Shown: one piece after another, positions 34,078-43,415 of the stretch
Layout of the letters: every line of letters starts with the position of its first letter
How positions within the stretch are numbered: position 1 is the first letter of the stretch
NCBI GenBank assembly: GCA_017987975.1
Contig: JAGNSQ010000001.1
Location: 39,090-103,089, forward strand
Reading direction: 5' to 3'
Origin: Saprospiraceae bacterium
GTDB lineage: Bacteria; Bacteroidota; Bacteroidia; Chitinophagales; Saprospiraceae
Length of the DNA stretch: 64,000 nt
Program-made: the position numbers and the translations under genes
The notes under the pieces: model-generated
Seen by the model: the letters and a program-made list of their open reading frames with translations, nothing else
Told to the model about the DNA's origin: nothing
The model's database searches: none

Positions 34078-35124
34078 GTGTTCAAAAATTTATCGATAAG
34101 GCAACTAACCTTTTTTGTAATTGCCTGTATTAGTTTTCTGTACTTGGTTTTTATTTCTATCCATTATCTTCTTTCGCGATATTTTCCATCCCCATGGCTT
34201 CAGTTACTTTTTGTGTTTATGGGATTGGCAATCAATGTTTACATTGTCAAAAATGTATTAGAACGCTTTGTTTTTAGAAAAATCAAGGTGATTTATAAAA
34301 TCATCAGAGATGCTAAGCTCACTAAAAAAGAGAAGGAATCGGTTGACATTGGATCTGCCACTTTTGAGGCAGTAACTGAAGATGTTATTGAATGGACAAG
34401 GGATACGCAGCAGGAAATAGAATCATTAAAAAGCCTTGAGGAATATCGAAAATCATACGTAGGTAATATCTCACATGAGCTGAAGACCCCGATTTTTTCT
34501 ATTCAAGGGTACTTACACACTTTATTGGATGGAGGTTTAGAGGATCCAAACATCAATCGCAATTATTTGCAAAAAGCGAGTAGTAATGCAGATCGATTAC
34601 AAAACATTGTAGAAGACCTCGAAACAATTAGTAAACTGGAGTCAGATGCTGTAGCATTGGAGTTTAAAAAGTTTGATATCAAGGTACTCACTAAAGAAAT
34701 ATTTGATGATCTTGACAAAATGGCGTGGGAAAAACAAATCAAACTTCAGTTTAAAGAAGGTGCTTCTCCCAATTCATCGGTAAATGCCGACAAAGATTGT
34801 ATTCGTCAGGTGATGACAAATTTGGTAGTAAATGCAATTAAATATGGCAGGGAAGGGGGTAGTGTTAAAGTGAGTTTTTATGACCTCGAAAGCCAAATAT
34901 TGATAGAGATTTCAGACAATGGGGCAGGAATCGAAGACAAACACCTGAAACATTTATTTGATCGCTTTTATAGAGTAGATACCAGCAGATCTCGTAAAAT
35001 TGGAGGATCTGGTTTGGGCCTGAGTATAGTCAAACACATTGTAGAAGCACACCATCAAACCATTAATGTGAGGAGTACCTTGGGCTTGGGTAGCACCTTC
35101 GGGTTTACTTTGGAAAAGGCCTAA
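34078..35124 (+). CDS. sensor histidine kinase (two TM helices, short periplasmic loop)
   Basis: H box SHELKTPI, N box NLVVNAIKY, G1 DNGAGI, G2 GGSGLGLSI. GTG start. No response regulator adjacent. Confidence 0.88.
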   Translation: MFKNLSIRQLTFFVIACISFLYLVFISIHYLLSRYFPSPWLQLLFVFMGLAINVYIVKNVLERFVFRKIKVIYKIIRDAKLTKKEKESVDIGSATFEAVTEDVIEWTRDTQQEIESLKSLEEYRKSYVGNISHELKTPIFSIQGYLHTLLDGGLEDPNINRNYLQKASSNADRLQNIVEDLETISKLESDAVALEFKKFDIKVLTKEIFDDLDKMAWEKQIKLQFKEGASPNSSVNADKDCIRQVMTNLVVNAIKYGREGGSVKVSFYDLESQILIEISDNGAGIEDKHLKHLFDRFYRVDTSRSRKIGGSGLGLSIVKHIVEAHHQTINVRSTLGLGSTFGFTLEKA

Positions 35125-35145
35125 CTCACTAGAATTCAAACAAAT

Positions 35146-35174
35146 AAAAAAGCCGGTCGCAACCGGCTTTTTTT
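35146..35174. terminator. bidirectional intrinsic terminator
   Basis: A6-GCCGGT-cgca-ACCGGC-T7, between convergent genes. Confidence 0.85.
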
Positions 35175-35176
35175 AT

Positions 35177-36622
35177 TTATGCTTCTTCATCGTCTTCACC
35201 TTCTTCGTATGGCTCTTCGTAATCCGTGCTTTCATCATCTGCGATGTCAATGTCATCCTCAAATGTTTCTTCAGGACCTTCAGTAAAGCTATCTAGATCT
35301 TTCAGGATTTCATCCAGTTCATCATCTTCGTCATCTATTTTTTTAGTAGACTTGCCCGACCCTGGTTTTTTAATTACTTTAGTAATGATCACCGGTTTTT
35401 TAGGCTCACTTGCTTTCTTTTTCTTTGTGTCTTCTTCCTCTTCTTCGCTGTCAAGATCTCTTTTTGAGGATGCTGCTTGTGCTGCGGCTACTACAGCAGC
35501 AGCTTGTTCACCATGTTGCTTTGCGAGTACCGATTTTGTTGTAGTTGGTACAGCAATAAGTCTTTTCTTCTCGATTAATTCACCTGTCACTGCGCATATG
35601 CCATAAGTCTTGTTCCTAATTCTGACCAAGGCGTTTTGAAGATCAGAAATAAAGGTTCTTTGTCTTGTGGCCATAGAGTTCAACATCTCAACTTCTGACT
35701 GGGAAGATGAAAAGTCGGTAAGATCTTTGGTGAAATCACCACTGGTATTTTCGGTAATTTCCTTAATTTGTTCAATTAAGTTTTCGTATTGATACCTGGC
35801 TTTTTCCAATTTGTCATCAATAATGGCTTTGAATTCTTCCAGATCTTTATCGTTGTATCTGTGAACCACAGTTTGTACCGGTAATGAGGGGGGGTCTGGT
35901 TGCATATTTCTTTTTTCCTTTAGGTATTCAATTTTTGCTTGATTATCAAACGAATTTTCTAATTTTTCCAATTGCACTTTATCGATTGTAGGTAGTGGTT
36001 TTGAAGGCTTTTTAGGTGTAGCCTTTTCAACGATTTTACCTTTAGCCGCAGAAACAACTGCTGATTTTTTTTCAACTTTGTTTTCTACCTTTCCAGCAGT
36101 TTTAACAGCAGGTTTCGCATGTTTTGGTGCACGAACTTCCACTTTAGAACTTGTAGCTGGCTTGGCTTCTTTTATGGGGTTTGCTTTGGGTACTTCTACT
36201 TTTGCTTTGACTGCTGGTTTGGGAGCCGCAGCTTTAACAGCAGGAGTGGCTTTTTCTATAGCCTTGGAAAGCGGTTTAGGCGCAGGTTTGGCTTTCGCCG
36301 TAACAGCAACCTTAGCTGCTGGCTTGGTCGGCGTCACTTTTTTTGATGCTGCTGCCTTTACAGGTGCTTTAGGCGCTACAGTTGATGAAGCTGCATTTAC
36401 TTTTTTGGCTGGTTCAGCTTTTTTTACGGGCGCTCCTTTTTTTGCAGTTACTGTGTTGTTTGCAGATTTAGCAGCTGGTTTTGCCGCAGCTGGCTTTGCT
36501 GCCGTTTTTGGAGCAGATTTCGCGGTAGTTTTAGCAGCTGGTTTAGAGACAGGTTTTGCAGCTGGTTTTACAGCTGGTTTTTTACTAGCAACCTTAGCTT
36601 TTTCATTCTTTTTTGTAGCCAT
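35177..36622 (-). CDS. DksA/TraR-type protein with long basic K/A/P-rich N-terminal arm and acidic C-terminal tail
   Basis: ATG at 36622; the listed 36628 start is TTG. The N-terminal ~230 aa are KPAAK/AKPA-type low complexity. The core is coiled-coil plus YGICAVTGELIEKKRLIAVPTTTKSVLAKQ, the Bacteroidota DksA/TraR C-terminal signature. The last ~90 aa are D/E-rich. Confidence 0.75.
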   Translation of the reverse strand: MATKKNEKAKVASKKPAVKPAAKPVSKPAAKTTAKSAPKTAAKPAAAKPAAKSANNTVTAKKGAPVKKAEPAKKVNAASSTVAPKAPVKAAASKKVTPTKPAAKVAVTAKAKPAPKPLSKAIEKATPAVKAAAPKPAVKAKVEVPKANPIKEAKPATSSKVEVRAPKHAKPAVKTAGKVENKVEKKSAVVSAAKGKIVEKATPKKPSKPLPTIDKVQLEKLENSFDNQAKIEYLKEKRNMQPDPPSLPVQTVVHRYNDKDLEEFKAIIDDKLEKARYQYENLIEQIKEITENTSGDFTKDLTDFSSSQSEVEMLNSMATRQRTFISDLQNALVRIRNKTYGICAVTGELIEKKRLIAVPTTTKSVLAKQHGEQAAAVVAAAQAASSKRDLDSEEEEEDTKKKKASEPKKPVIITKVIKKPGSGKSTKKIDDEDDELDEILKDLDSFTEGPEETFEDDIDIADDESTDYEEPYEEGEDDEEA

Positions 36623-36654
36623 CGCCAAACGGTTTGATATAAATATTCAAAGTG

Positions 36655-36662
36655 CAAATGTA
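36655..36662 (-). promoter_or_regulatory. Bacteroidota -7 promoter box (TACATTTG on minus strand)
   Basis: The plus strand reads CAAATGTA. The box lies 33 nt upstream of ATG 36622. Confidence 0.5.
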
Positions 36663-37116
36663 ATTGGAAATTATTTTAAATATCAATTTTTTTTAATGTA
36701 TAATTTTTCAAAAATTTTACGTTAAAATTCAGCCTTGAAATTTAGGTTAAAATTTTTTTAAATAATTGACATTCAATAAGATGAATTCTTTTCGAAGGGA
36801 ATGTGAAAATCGATAGGAGGAGAAAAGTTGGAGTGACCCCGAGAAACTCTTAATAATAAGGTAAACTACAAACACAACGAATGTGTGTAAATGTAGGTGT
36901 GAAAGATACCTTTGGTCTGAAAGGATTCAGACGCGTGTGCCAGATATCTCAGGGTCATCTCCCATGTTGGTTTAGCAGTATGATTCATTAATACCAAGAA
37001 TCATACCAAAATTGTGATTTTTATTTTTTTGCTTCAGCTGTTTTCTAAATTTTTATTTCTCACAAAGCCATGTTTGATAAAATCCATTAGCTTTGACCCC
37101 TGTTAAAAGCCAAATT

Positions 37117-38448
37117 ATGAGTAAGATTAAAATGCCCCTGACTTTAAGTCAGATCATTAATATGAACGTAGGATTTTTGGGCATTCAATATAGTTTTGGG
37201 TTGCAACAAAATTCTATGACTCCGCTCTATACTTTTCTGGATGCTGATCCTGAACAGCTACCGTTGCTCAATTTGGCGGGACCAATAACAGGTTTGGTAA
37301 TTCAACCCATTATTGGTGCTTTAAGTGATAAGACGTGGTCGCCAAGATGGGGTAGAAGGAAGCCCTATTTTATGATTGGTGCTCTTACCTGCAGCCTTGC
37401 TCTATTATTCATGCCTTTTAGTACCTCCCTTTGGATGGCAGCATCTTTGCTTTGGATTTTAGACGCCGGAAACAACACCGCAATGGAACCCTATCGAGCT
37501 TTTGTTGCAGATAAACTTCCAAAAGAACAATTTCCTTTGGGCTTTCAGACGCAGTCATTTTTTACTGGCTTGGGTATTACCCTGGCCGCTGTTTCACCTA
37601 CTATCTTTGCCACCATTTTTGGATCTGAAAAGACGGCTTCAGGGATTCCTTACTGGGTTTATGGGGCGTTTTTAGTAGGCAGCGTCATTTCAATCACCTC
37701 GGTTATGTGGTCCAATCTTAAAACGCCGGAAGATGCCCCTACGGCCGAAGAATTAGAGCATATGCGTTCCGGACCTAAAGGTGTTTTTTCACCATTTTTA
37801 GATATAGCCAGTGCTATTCGTACCATGCCATTAGCATTATGGCAATTAGCCTTGGTATATCTTTTTCAATGGTATGCGATGTTTGTTTATTGGCAATTTA
37901 TCTCTTTAAGTGTTGCGCGAAGCATTTGGAATTCAAGTCCCGAAAACAAAGAAATTTATGATGAAGCTGCCCGCTGGACCAGTTTAGCCAATGGGTTTTA
38001 CAACATAGTTACTTTTTTAACTGCTTTCGTGCTGGTAATCCTGGCGAAAAAATATTCTGCAAAACGTGTTCACATGGCCTGTCTTCTGCTGGCTGCAGTA
38101 GGTATGTTTATGATTCCCCTAATTACAGACAAATACCTGCTTATGCTTCCTATGGTCAACATTGGTATTGCTTGGGCCAGTATGATGGGCATACCTTATA
38201 TTATGGTTGCCAGCTCTATTCCAGCTTCAAAAAATGGGGTTTATATGGGAATTGTAAACATGATGATTGTCATTCCTATGTTTATTGAATCGTTGACATT
38301 TGGGTATTTATACAAACATTTTCTTGGAAGTGATCCCGGTAATGCGATAAGATGCGCTGGTGTATTTTTGTTTTTTGCTTCAATTGCTACACTTTTCATA
38401 AAAGTTAAGTCTGAAAGTTTTAACCAGCCTGTTCAGGGAGCACATTAA
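37117..38448 (+). CDS. GPH/SLC45-type sugar:cation symporter (MFS superfamily)
   Basis: I moved the start to ATG 37117. The block GPITGLVIQPIIGALSDKTWSPRWGRRKPYFMIG matches the sucrose-transporter/SLC45 signature (GxxxQPxxGxxSD....GRRxP). About 12 TM helices. Confidence 0.7.
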   Translation: MSKIKMPLTLSQIINMNVGFLGIQYSFGLQQNSMTPLYTFLDADPEQLPLLNLAGPITGLVIQPIIGALSDKTWSPRWGRRKPYFMIGALTCSLALLFMPFSTSLWMAASLLWILDAGNNTAMEPYRAFVADKLPKEQFPLGFQTQSFFTGLGITLAAVSPTIFATIFGSEKTASGIPYWVYGAFLVGSVISITSVMWSNLKTPEDAPTAEELEHMRSGPKGVFSPFLDIASAIRTMPLALWQLALVYLFQWYAMFVYWQFISLSVARSIWNSSPENKEIYDEAARWTSLANGFYNIVTFLTAFVLVILAKKYSAKRVHMACLLLAAVGMFMIPLITDKYLLMLPMVNIGIAWASMMGIPYIMVASSIPASKNGVYMGIVNMMIVIPMFIESLTFGYLYKHFLGSDPGNAIRCAGVFLFFASIATLFIKVKSESFNQPVQGAH

Positions 38449-38451
38449 AAA

Positions 38452-39972
38452 TTACTCGGTTATCTTTTTGAAAGCCTGAGGCAACATTTGTATTAAATCT
38501 GTTGCTTTCATTGCCTCTTCACCATAAATACTTTGGGCATAATCTCCGGCTTGGCTATGTAAAAACACTGCCAGGCAGGATGCTTTCTCGGGATTCTTCC
38601 ACCTGGCCAGTAAGCCGGTCATTAAGCCCAGCAACACGTCACCACTTCCTGCCTTCGCCATACCCGGATTGCCAATGGTGTTAAAAAAGACATTTCCTTG
38701 TGGTGTGCTAACGCTGGTAATGCTAGTTTTTAAAACAATATAACAACCCAACTCTTTGGATTTGCTGATTTGGGTTTGAATTCTCTCCCAATTTTGACTA
38801 TGTGCACCAAATAAACGATCAAATTCACCTGGATGGGGAGTGAGAATGCTGGACTTTGGTAGTTTTTCCAACAAATCAGGATATGCAGATAAAATATTTA
38901 GGGCATCAGCATCCAAAATTAAATGTTGAGGTTGTTGTTTAATGATAATATTAAGCCACTTTACAGAAGTGGCCCTTGTAGAAAAACCACATCCCATTCC
39001 AATGGCATGATACTGCAAAAATGAGGAATCTTCAGGCATAATGTCGATAGATCTGGTCATTATTTCGGGGTTAACTGTTACGGAAATAGAATTTATTTCA
39101 CTTCTGGAATATAGGGTAACCCAGCCCGCTCCAGACCTACTTGCTGCCCCCGATGCCAATACGGCTGCCCCTGCTGTTTCTTTATCTCCTGCTATTAAGG
39201 CAGCATGGCCATAGTTTCCTTTATGGCTCACTTTATCGCGGGTTTTGACAATTGAACGAGCTAAAGTGGCATCGATTGTTTGGTATTTTGAAAAAGGTTG
39301 AAATTTTGAGGTAAGCCCAATGTCTACGACACTATATTCTTCCATCCAGGCTTGGTTTTCTTCCAAAAAGAAAGGCAGTTTAGGAGATTGGATCGTATAA
39401 ACTTTGGTTGCTCTTAATGCCAGTGCTGTTGGTGTTAAATTCAGCATCATGCCAGAAGGTATATCCACAGCTAATACTTTAAAAAACATAGAATTTAAGA
39501 TTTGGATCAATTGCGCCAATTTCCCATCAAGAGGTCTGTTTAATCCTGTACCAAACAATGCGTCAATGATAATTCCCTCTTTTTTTAAACCCAAAATTGT
39601 TTTTTCATTAAAAGGTAATATTTCAATGTTGCCAAGGGAAGTAACTTTTTTTCGCATTTCCAGGTAATCCGGACTTGTATTAAGGCCTTCTGGGGAAACC
39701 TCAATTACAAAAACATTATAAAAGCTATTTCTGAGGTGCCTGGCTATGACCATTCCATCCCCTCCGTTATTGCCCATACCACATAATACATATATTGGTA
39801 GATCTATGTTGGGAATATCTTTTATCATTTCATTGGCCACCGCCTGTCCTGCACGTTCCATCAGTTCGAGGCTGGTGATGTTTTGTTCATTAATGGTAGC
39901 GATATCCCATTCTTTGATTTGTTTGGCATCTAACAAGTACATATCTTGCTTCTTTAAAGATTTGACAGACAA
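38452..39972 (-). CDS. nnr: bifunctional NAD(P)H-hydrate epimerase / ADP-dependent dehydratase
   Basis: N-terminal YjeF_N block (VLCGMGNNGGDG). C-terminal carbohydrate-kinase block (GNPGMAKAGSGDVLLG). The true start may be the Met at 39942. Confidence 0.88.
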   Translation of the reverse strand: MSVKSLKKQDMYLLDAKQIKEWDIATINEQNITSLELMERAGQAVANEMIKDIPNIDLPIYVLCGMGNNGGDGMVIARHLRNSFYNVFVIEVSPEGLNTSPDYLEMRKKVTSLGNIEILPFNEKTILGLKKEGIIIDALFGTGLNRPLDGKLAQLIQILNSMFFKVLAVDIPSGMMLNLTPTALALRATKVYTIQSPKLPFFLEENQAWMEEYSVVDIGLTSKFQPFSKYQTIDATLARSIVKTRDKVSHKGNYGHAALIAGDKETAGAAVLASGAASRSGAGWVTLYSRSEINSISVTVNPEIMTRSIDIMPEDSSFLQYHAIGMGCGFSTRATSVKWLNIIIKQQPQHLILDADALNILSAYPDLLEKLPKSSILTPHPGEFDRLFGAHSQNWERIQTQISKSKELGCYIVLKTSITSVSTPQGNVFFNTIGNPGMAKAGSGDVLLGLMTGLLARWKNPEKASCLAVFLHSQAGDYAQSIYGEEAMKATDLIQMLPQAFKKITE

Positions 39973-39975
39973 GAT

Positions 39976-41073
39976 ATGGAATTAAAGGAATTTTTGAAAG
40001 GCTTGCGTGTCGTTGAATTAGCGAGTGTGCTGGCAGGCCCTCTTGCAGGCAGTTTTTTAGCTGAGTTAGGAGCAGATGTGGTGAAAATTGAAAATGGTCC
40101 GGCAGGTGGGGATGTCACCCGTGCCTGGAAATTAGAGGGAGAAGTCGGAATCAATGATACAAGTGCCTACTACCACAGTGCCAACTATGGTAAAAAGGTA
40201 TTAATGTGTGACTTAAAATCTGAATCTGATAAAGCTTTAATTAATTCCTATATTAAAGAAAGTGAGGTTATTATTACAAATTATCAAAAAGCAACCGCAG
40301 AAAAGTTGGGTATTTCACTCAATGAAATTAGAAAAATGAATGAAGATGCTATCATCGTTCAATTAAATGCATTTGAATATGACGACCCTCGTCCTGGATA
40401 CGATTTGGTAATGCAGGCTGAATCAGGTTTTATTTCTATGTGCGGCGATATTGACCACCTGGCTAAAATGCCTGTAGCTATGATTGATGTAATAGCAGCA
40501 CATCAAATAAAGGAAGCCGTTTTATTAGGTTTACTTCAGAAAAAAATGACAGGTGTGGCCAATATTTTTCATGTTTCACTTTACAAATCAGCATTATCTG
40601 CCCTGGTGAATCAGGGTACTAACTATTTGATGGAAAATCATGTAGCGCAACCCATGGGTACACTTCATCCCAATATTGCTCCCTATGGAGAAGTAGTTGT
40701 AACTGTCGATAAAATTCCTATCATGCTGGCAATTGGATCTGACGGACAGTTTGAAAAGCTGGCTAAAATTTTACGGTGGAATGGTGGAAAAATGGATTTG
40801 TTTGCTACCAATCAGTTGAGAATACAACGCAGAAAAGAGTTGCAAATTGAATTGTTGGATTCGGTAAAAACGTTCCCTTCCAACGAACTTACAAATTTAT
40901 TAGAAAGAGAAAAAGTCCCTTTTGCCATAATAAAAAACGTAAAGGATGTTTTTACAGACCCTCAAAGTTTTGCAATGGTTCTAAACAACCCAATTGCCGG
41001 CAGAAATGATGGGAAATACATAAGCAATCTTGCTTTTTCTATTGCTCACTTGAAGGCCAATGAAAACCATTGA
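39976..41073 (+). CDS. CoA-transferase family III (CaiB/BaiF-like)
   Basis: LRVVELASVLAGPLAGSFLAELGADVVKIE, the N-terminal signature of family III CoA transferases. Confidence 0.8.
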   Translation: MELKEFLKGLRVVELASVLAGPLAGSFLAELGADVVKIENGPAGGDVTRAWKLEGEVGINDTSAYYHSANYGKKVLMCDLKSESDKALINSYIKESEVIITNYQKATAEKLGISLNEIRKMNEDAIIVQLNAFEYDDPRPGYDLVMQAESGFISMCGDIDHLAKMPVAMIDVIAAHQIKEAVLLGLLQKKMTGVANIFHVSLYKSALSALVNQGTNYLMENHVAQPMGTLHPNIAPYGEVVVTVDKIPIMLAIGSDGQFEKLAKILRWNGGKMDLFATNQLRIQRRKELQIELLDSVKTFPSNELTNLLEREKVPFAIIKNVKDVFTDPQSFAMVLNNPIAGRNDGKYISNLAFSIAHLKANENH

Positions 41074-41971
41074 GAAAGTCACCAATATCCATTTCTTTTT
41101 TACCCTCATATTTTACTCTCAGCAATTCTATCAATCCGTCATTGGTTGCAATTTGTAAGAACTTTTTTTTATCAGTTCTTATTTCACCAGGAGTTAAGCT
41201 GTTAGACGCTGGTTTCGGAGATGACGATATTACTTTCATTTCCTGGCCCATAAAAGTGAACCAGGCTCCGGGAAATGGACAAAGGCCTCTGATAAAATTG
41301 TGAACCTGAAAGCAACTCTGATTAAAATTTATTTCACAGGTTTCGTGAAATATTTTTGGTGCATGACTTGCCAATTCGTCTGACTGAGTTAAGAATTGTG
41401 CCGATTCTGTCTCAATTTCATTTAAAGCCTTAATCAGTTCACCGGCACCAAGTTGTTTTAACTTACTGTATAAAGTACCAAAATTGTCATTTTCTTCGAT
41501 GGGGATGGATGCTTGCCTTATAATTTTACCAGTGTCGATTTCGTGTTGTAATTTGAATACGGTGACTCCTGTTTCCTTTTCTCCTTGAATGATGGCCCAG
41601 TTGATTGGAGCAGCACCTCTATATTTGGGCAATAGTGAAGCGTGTACATTGATAGTACCTTTTGGGGGTAAAGACCATACTACTTCTGGCAGCATTCTGA
41701 AAGCAACAACAACCTGTACATCGTGGTTGATTTCCTTTAATTCATTTAAAAATGCCTGCGATTTGAGCTTTTCAGGCTGCAATAATCTGAGTCCTTGTTC
41801 TACCGCAAATTTTTTCACCTCTGTCATCAAAACCTGTTTTCCGCCCCGACCTCCTAACTTGTCAGTTGCAGTTACCACCGCGGCGACTTCATATCCTTTG
41901 TCTAGAATAGCTTTAAGAGAGTCTACCGCAAAATCCGGGCTGCCCATAAATACAACTTTCATTTTCGCCAT
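41039..41971 (-). CDS. fmt: methionyl-tRNA formyltransferase
   Basis: KVVFMGSPDFAV, NVHASLLPKYRGAAPINWAI, and the C-terminal formyltransferase domain. Confidence 0.92.
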   Translation of the reverse strand: MAKMKVVFMGSPDFAVDSLKAILDKGYEVAAVVTATDKLGGRGGKQVLMTEVKKFAVEQGLRLLQPEKLKSQAFLNELKEINHDVQVVVAFRMLPEVVWSLPPKGTINVHASLLPKYRGAAPINWAIIQGEKETGVTVFKLQHEIDTGKIIRQASIPIEENDNFGTLYSKLKQLGAGELIKALNEIETESAQFLTQSDELASHAPKIFHETCEINFNQSCFQVHNFIRGLCPFPGAWFTFMGQEMKVISSSPKPASNSLTPGEIRTDKKKFLQIATNDGLIELLRVKYEGKKEMDIGDFLNGFHWPSSEQ

Positions 41972-41975
41972 TTCA

Positions 41976-43379
41976 TTAATTTTGAAATAAATAAAGGGTA
42001 TCGAGCGTCGTACCTAACCAAAGTTTTACAGATATAAATGCATTTACGCGATCTGGTCTTAATGCAATGTTGTCTACAACTATACTTCCTATCACTGCTT
42101 TCAAGTCCATTTTGTATTTTTTATTCATAGCAATAACATTCTGATTGACTTGTTCCTGAACTTGGTCTAAATTATCTGTGATATTAAATTGAAGCATCTT
42201 GTCCAGTTCTGATTTTATTTTGCCTTTGAGTAACCAGGACGCTGCTTTGTGTAAAACATTGCCTGTTTTTACGGAAACCTCAACGTTGGAGCCATACAAA
42301 AGAGACTTGTTTTTGTCAAACGAGGGAATTCCTTCAAGGATAAGTTGGCCATTAAATGAACCTTTAACGGTAACAGACAATTGAAGTTTACCTTTGCTTT
42401 TACCAACAACGACATCCAGTACTTCTATTGATTTGCTCCCTTCTGAAAATTTTGTTCCCGTAAAATTCTTTCGCGCAACCCTCGTCATATGCTCGTAGTC
42501 CAACTCCATTATTAATTGGATGAGTGAACTGTCTCTAACTTTTTCTTTCCATGCAAATGGAGGGACCTTGGCCTTAAAAGTTTCCTCCTTTGGTCGAGAT
42601 GAGCTTAGGTTGACCTGGGTTTTTAACGATATTTTGCCTTCAATGTAGGATTTTGTGTTACCAGCAGGGGTAAGGAAAGCGGAATCTGCCACCATTTGAA
42701 ACCATCCGCCATAAATGCTGTCAAGTTCAAAAGGTGTTAGCGTATATTTTGCCACTTCCTTAATGATCAAAGGCAGATTGTACTCAGAGGCCATAGAGGC
42801 ATCAATATTTTTTTCCATCTCGCCTCTGGTTTTACGAATTACAAAATTAGCTAATGTTTCTATGGGTAGATCAATTATTCCAAGATCAATGGTCGGCTTT
42901 TTAGTCCATTTGTGATCGGTCATAAGAGTACTGGTGCTCAGTTTCCATTCTTTGGAAATATCAAAATTGGAAATAAAGGTCATTTCAAGGTTGCCATTTG
43001 CCTTAAAATCTTTTATAAAGGTCTTTTTTAATAAGTTAACCTGAATGGGAATGGTGACAAGAGCACTTTTACCCTGAAATTCTACCAATACATTTCCATT
43101 TCTTTTTAGTTTGACGGTAGCGTTGTAATCATCAAATTTTAATTCCTCTTTCATCATTTCATCCATCACAAAATTGAAAGTGTCTGTGAGTGACTGTTTT
43201 TTAATCTTATAATTAATATTGATGGTTGATCTTAGGTCTGGAGCAACAAAATAATCGGGTTCAGGTGCTTGTTCATTTATTTTTTTAGGGCCACTACACG
43301 AACTGAAGCTCAAAACTATCATGAGAACTATAAAAAATAATAAAGAGAGGTTGGCAATGCCTTTATGAACTATTTTCAT
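41976..43379 (-). CDS. lipoprotein, DUF4403-like (hypothetical)
   Basis: I moved the start to ATG 43379 (MKIVHKGIANLSLLFFIVLMIVLSFSSC lipobox-like), which is supported by a -7 box at 43404-43411. The family assignment is from memory only. Confidence 0.5.
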   Translation of the reverse strand: MKIVHKGIANLSLLFFIVLMIVLSFSSCSGPKKINEQAPEPDYFVAPDLRSTININYKIKKQSLTDTFNFVMDEMMKEELKFDDYNATVKLKRNGNVLVEFQGKSALVTIPIQVNLLKKTFIKDFKANGNLEMTFISNFDISKEWKLSTSTLMTDHKWTKKPTIDLGIIDLPIETLANFVIRKTRGEMEKNIDASMASEYNLPLIIKEVAKYTLTPFELDSIYGGWFQMVADSAFLTPAGNTKSYIEGKISLKTQVNLSSSRPKEETFKAKVPPFAWKEKVRDSSLIQLIMELDYEHMTRVARKNFTGTKFSEGSKSIEVLDVVVGKSKGKLQLSVTVKGSFNGQLILEGIPSFDKNKSLLYGSNVEVSVKTGNVLHKAASWLLKGKIKSELDKMLQFNITDNLDQVQEQVNQNVIAMNKKYKMDLKAVIGSIVVDNIALRPDRVNAFISVKLWLGTTLDTLYLFQN

Positions 43380-43403
43380 TTTAATTTTTATCTTGGAATT
43401 TTG

Positions 43404-43411
43404 CAAAGTTA
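43404..43411 (-). promoter_or_regulatory. Bacteroidota -7 promoter box (TAACTTTG on minus strand)
   Basis: The plus strand reads CAAAGTTA. The box lies 25 nt upstream of ATG 43379. Confidence 0.5.
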
Positions 43412-43415
43412 ACAA

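Noticed and set aside
35226-36725. Plus-strand ORFs of 126, 215 and 75 aa rich in S, A, F and G
   Set aside because: They are antisense readings of the low-complexity acidic and K/A/P-rich parts of the DksA-like gene.
36790-36965. Known riboswitch in the 494-bp gap. GGGAATGTGAAAATC resembles the cobalamin GGGAA..GGTGAAAATCC core, CTGAGA appears on the minus strand as in TPP, and ACACAACGAA is reminiscent of THF.
   Set aside because: In each case only one short block matches. The other obligatory elements are absent (no B12 box, no TPP pyrophosphate-sensor helix motif, wrong element order for THF). The downstream sugar symporter is also not a typical target. I kept this only as an unclassified structured-RNA candidate.
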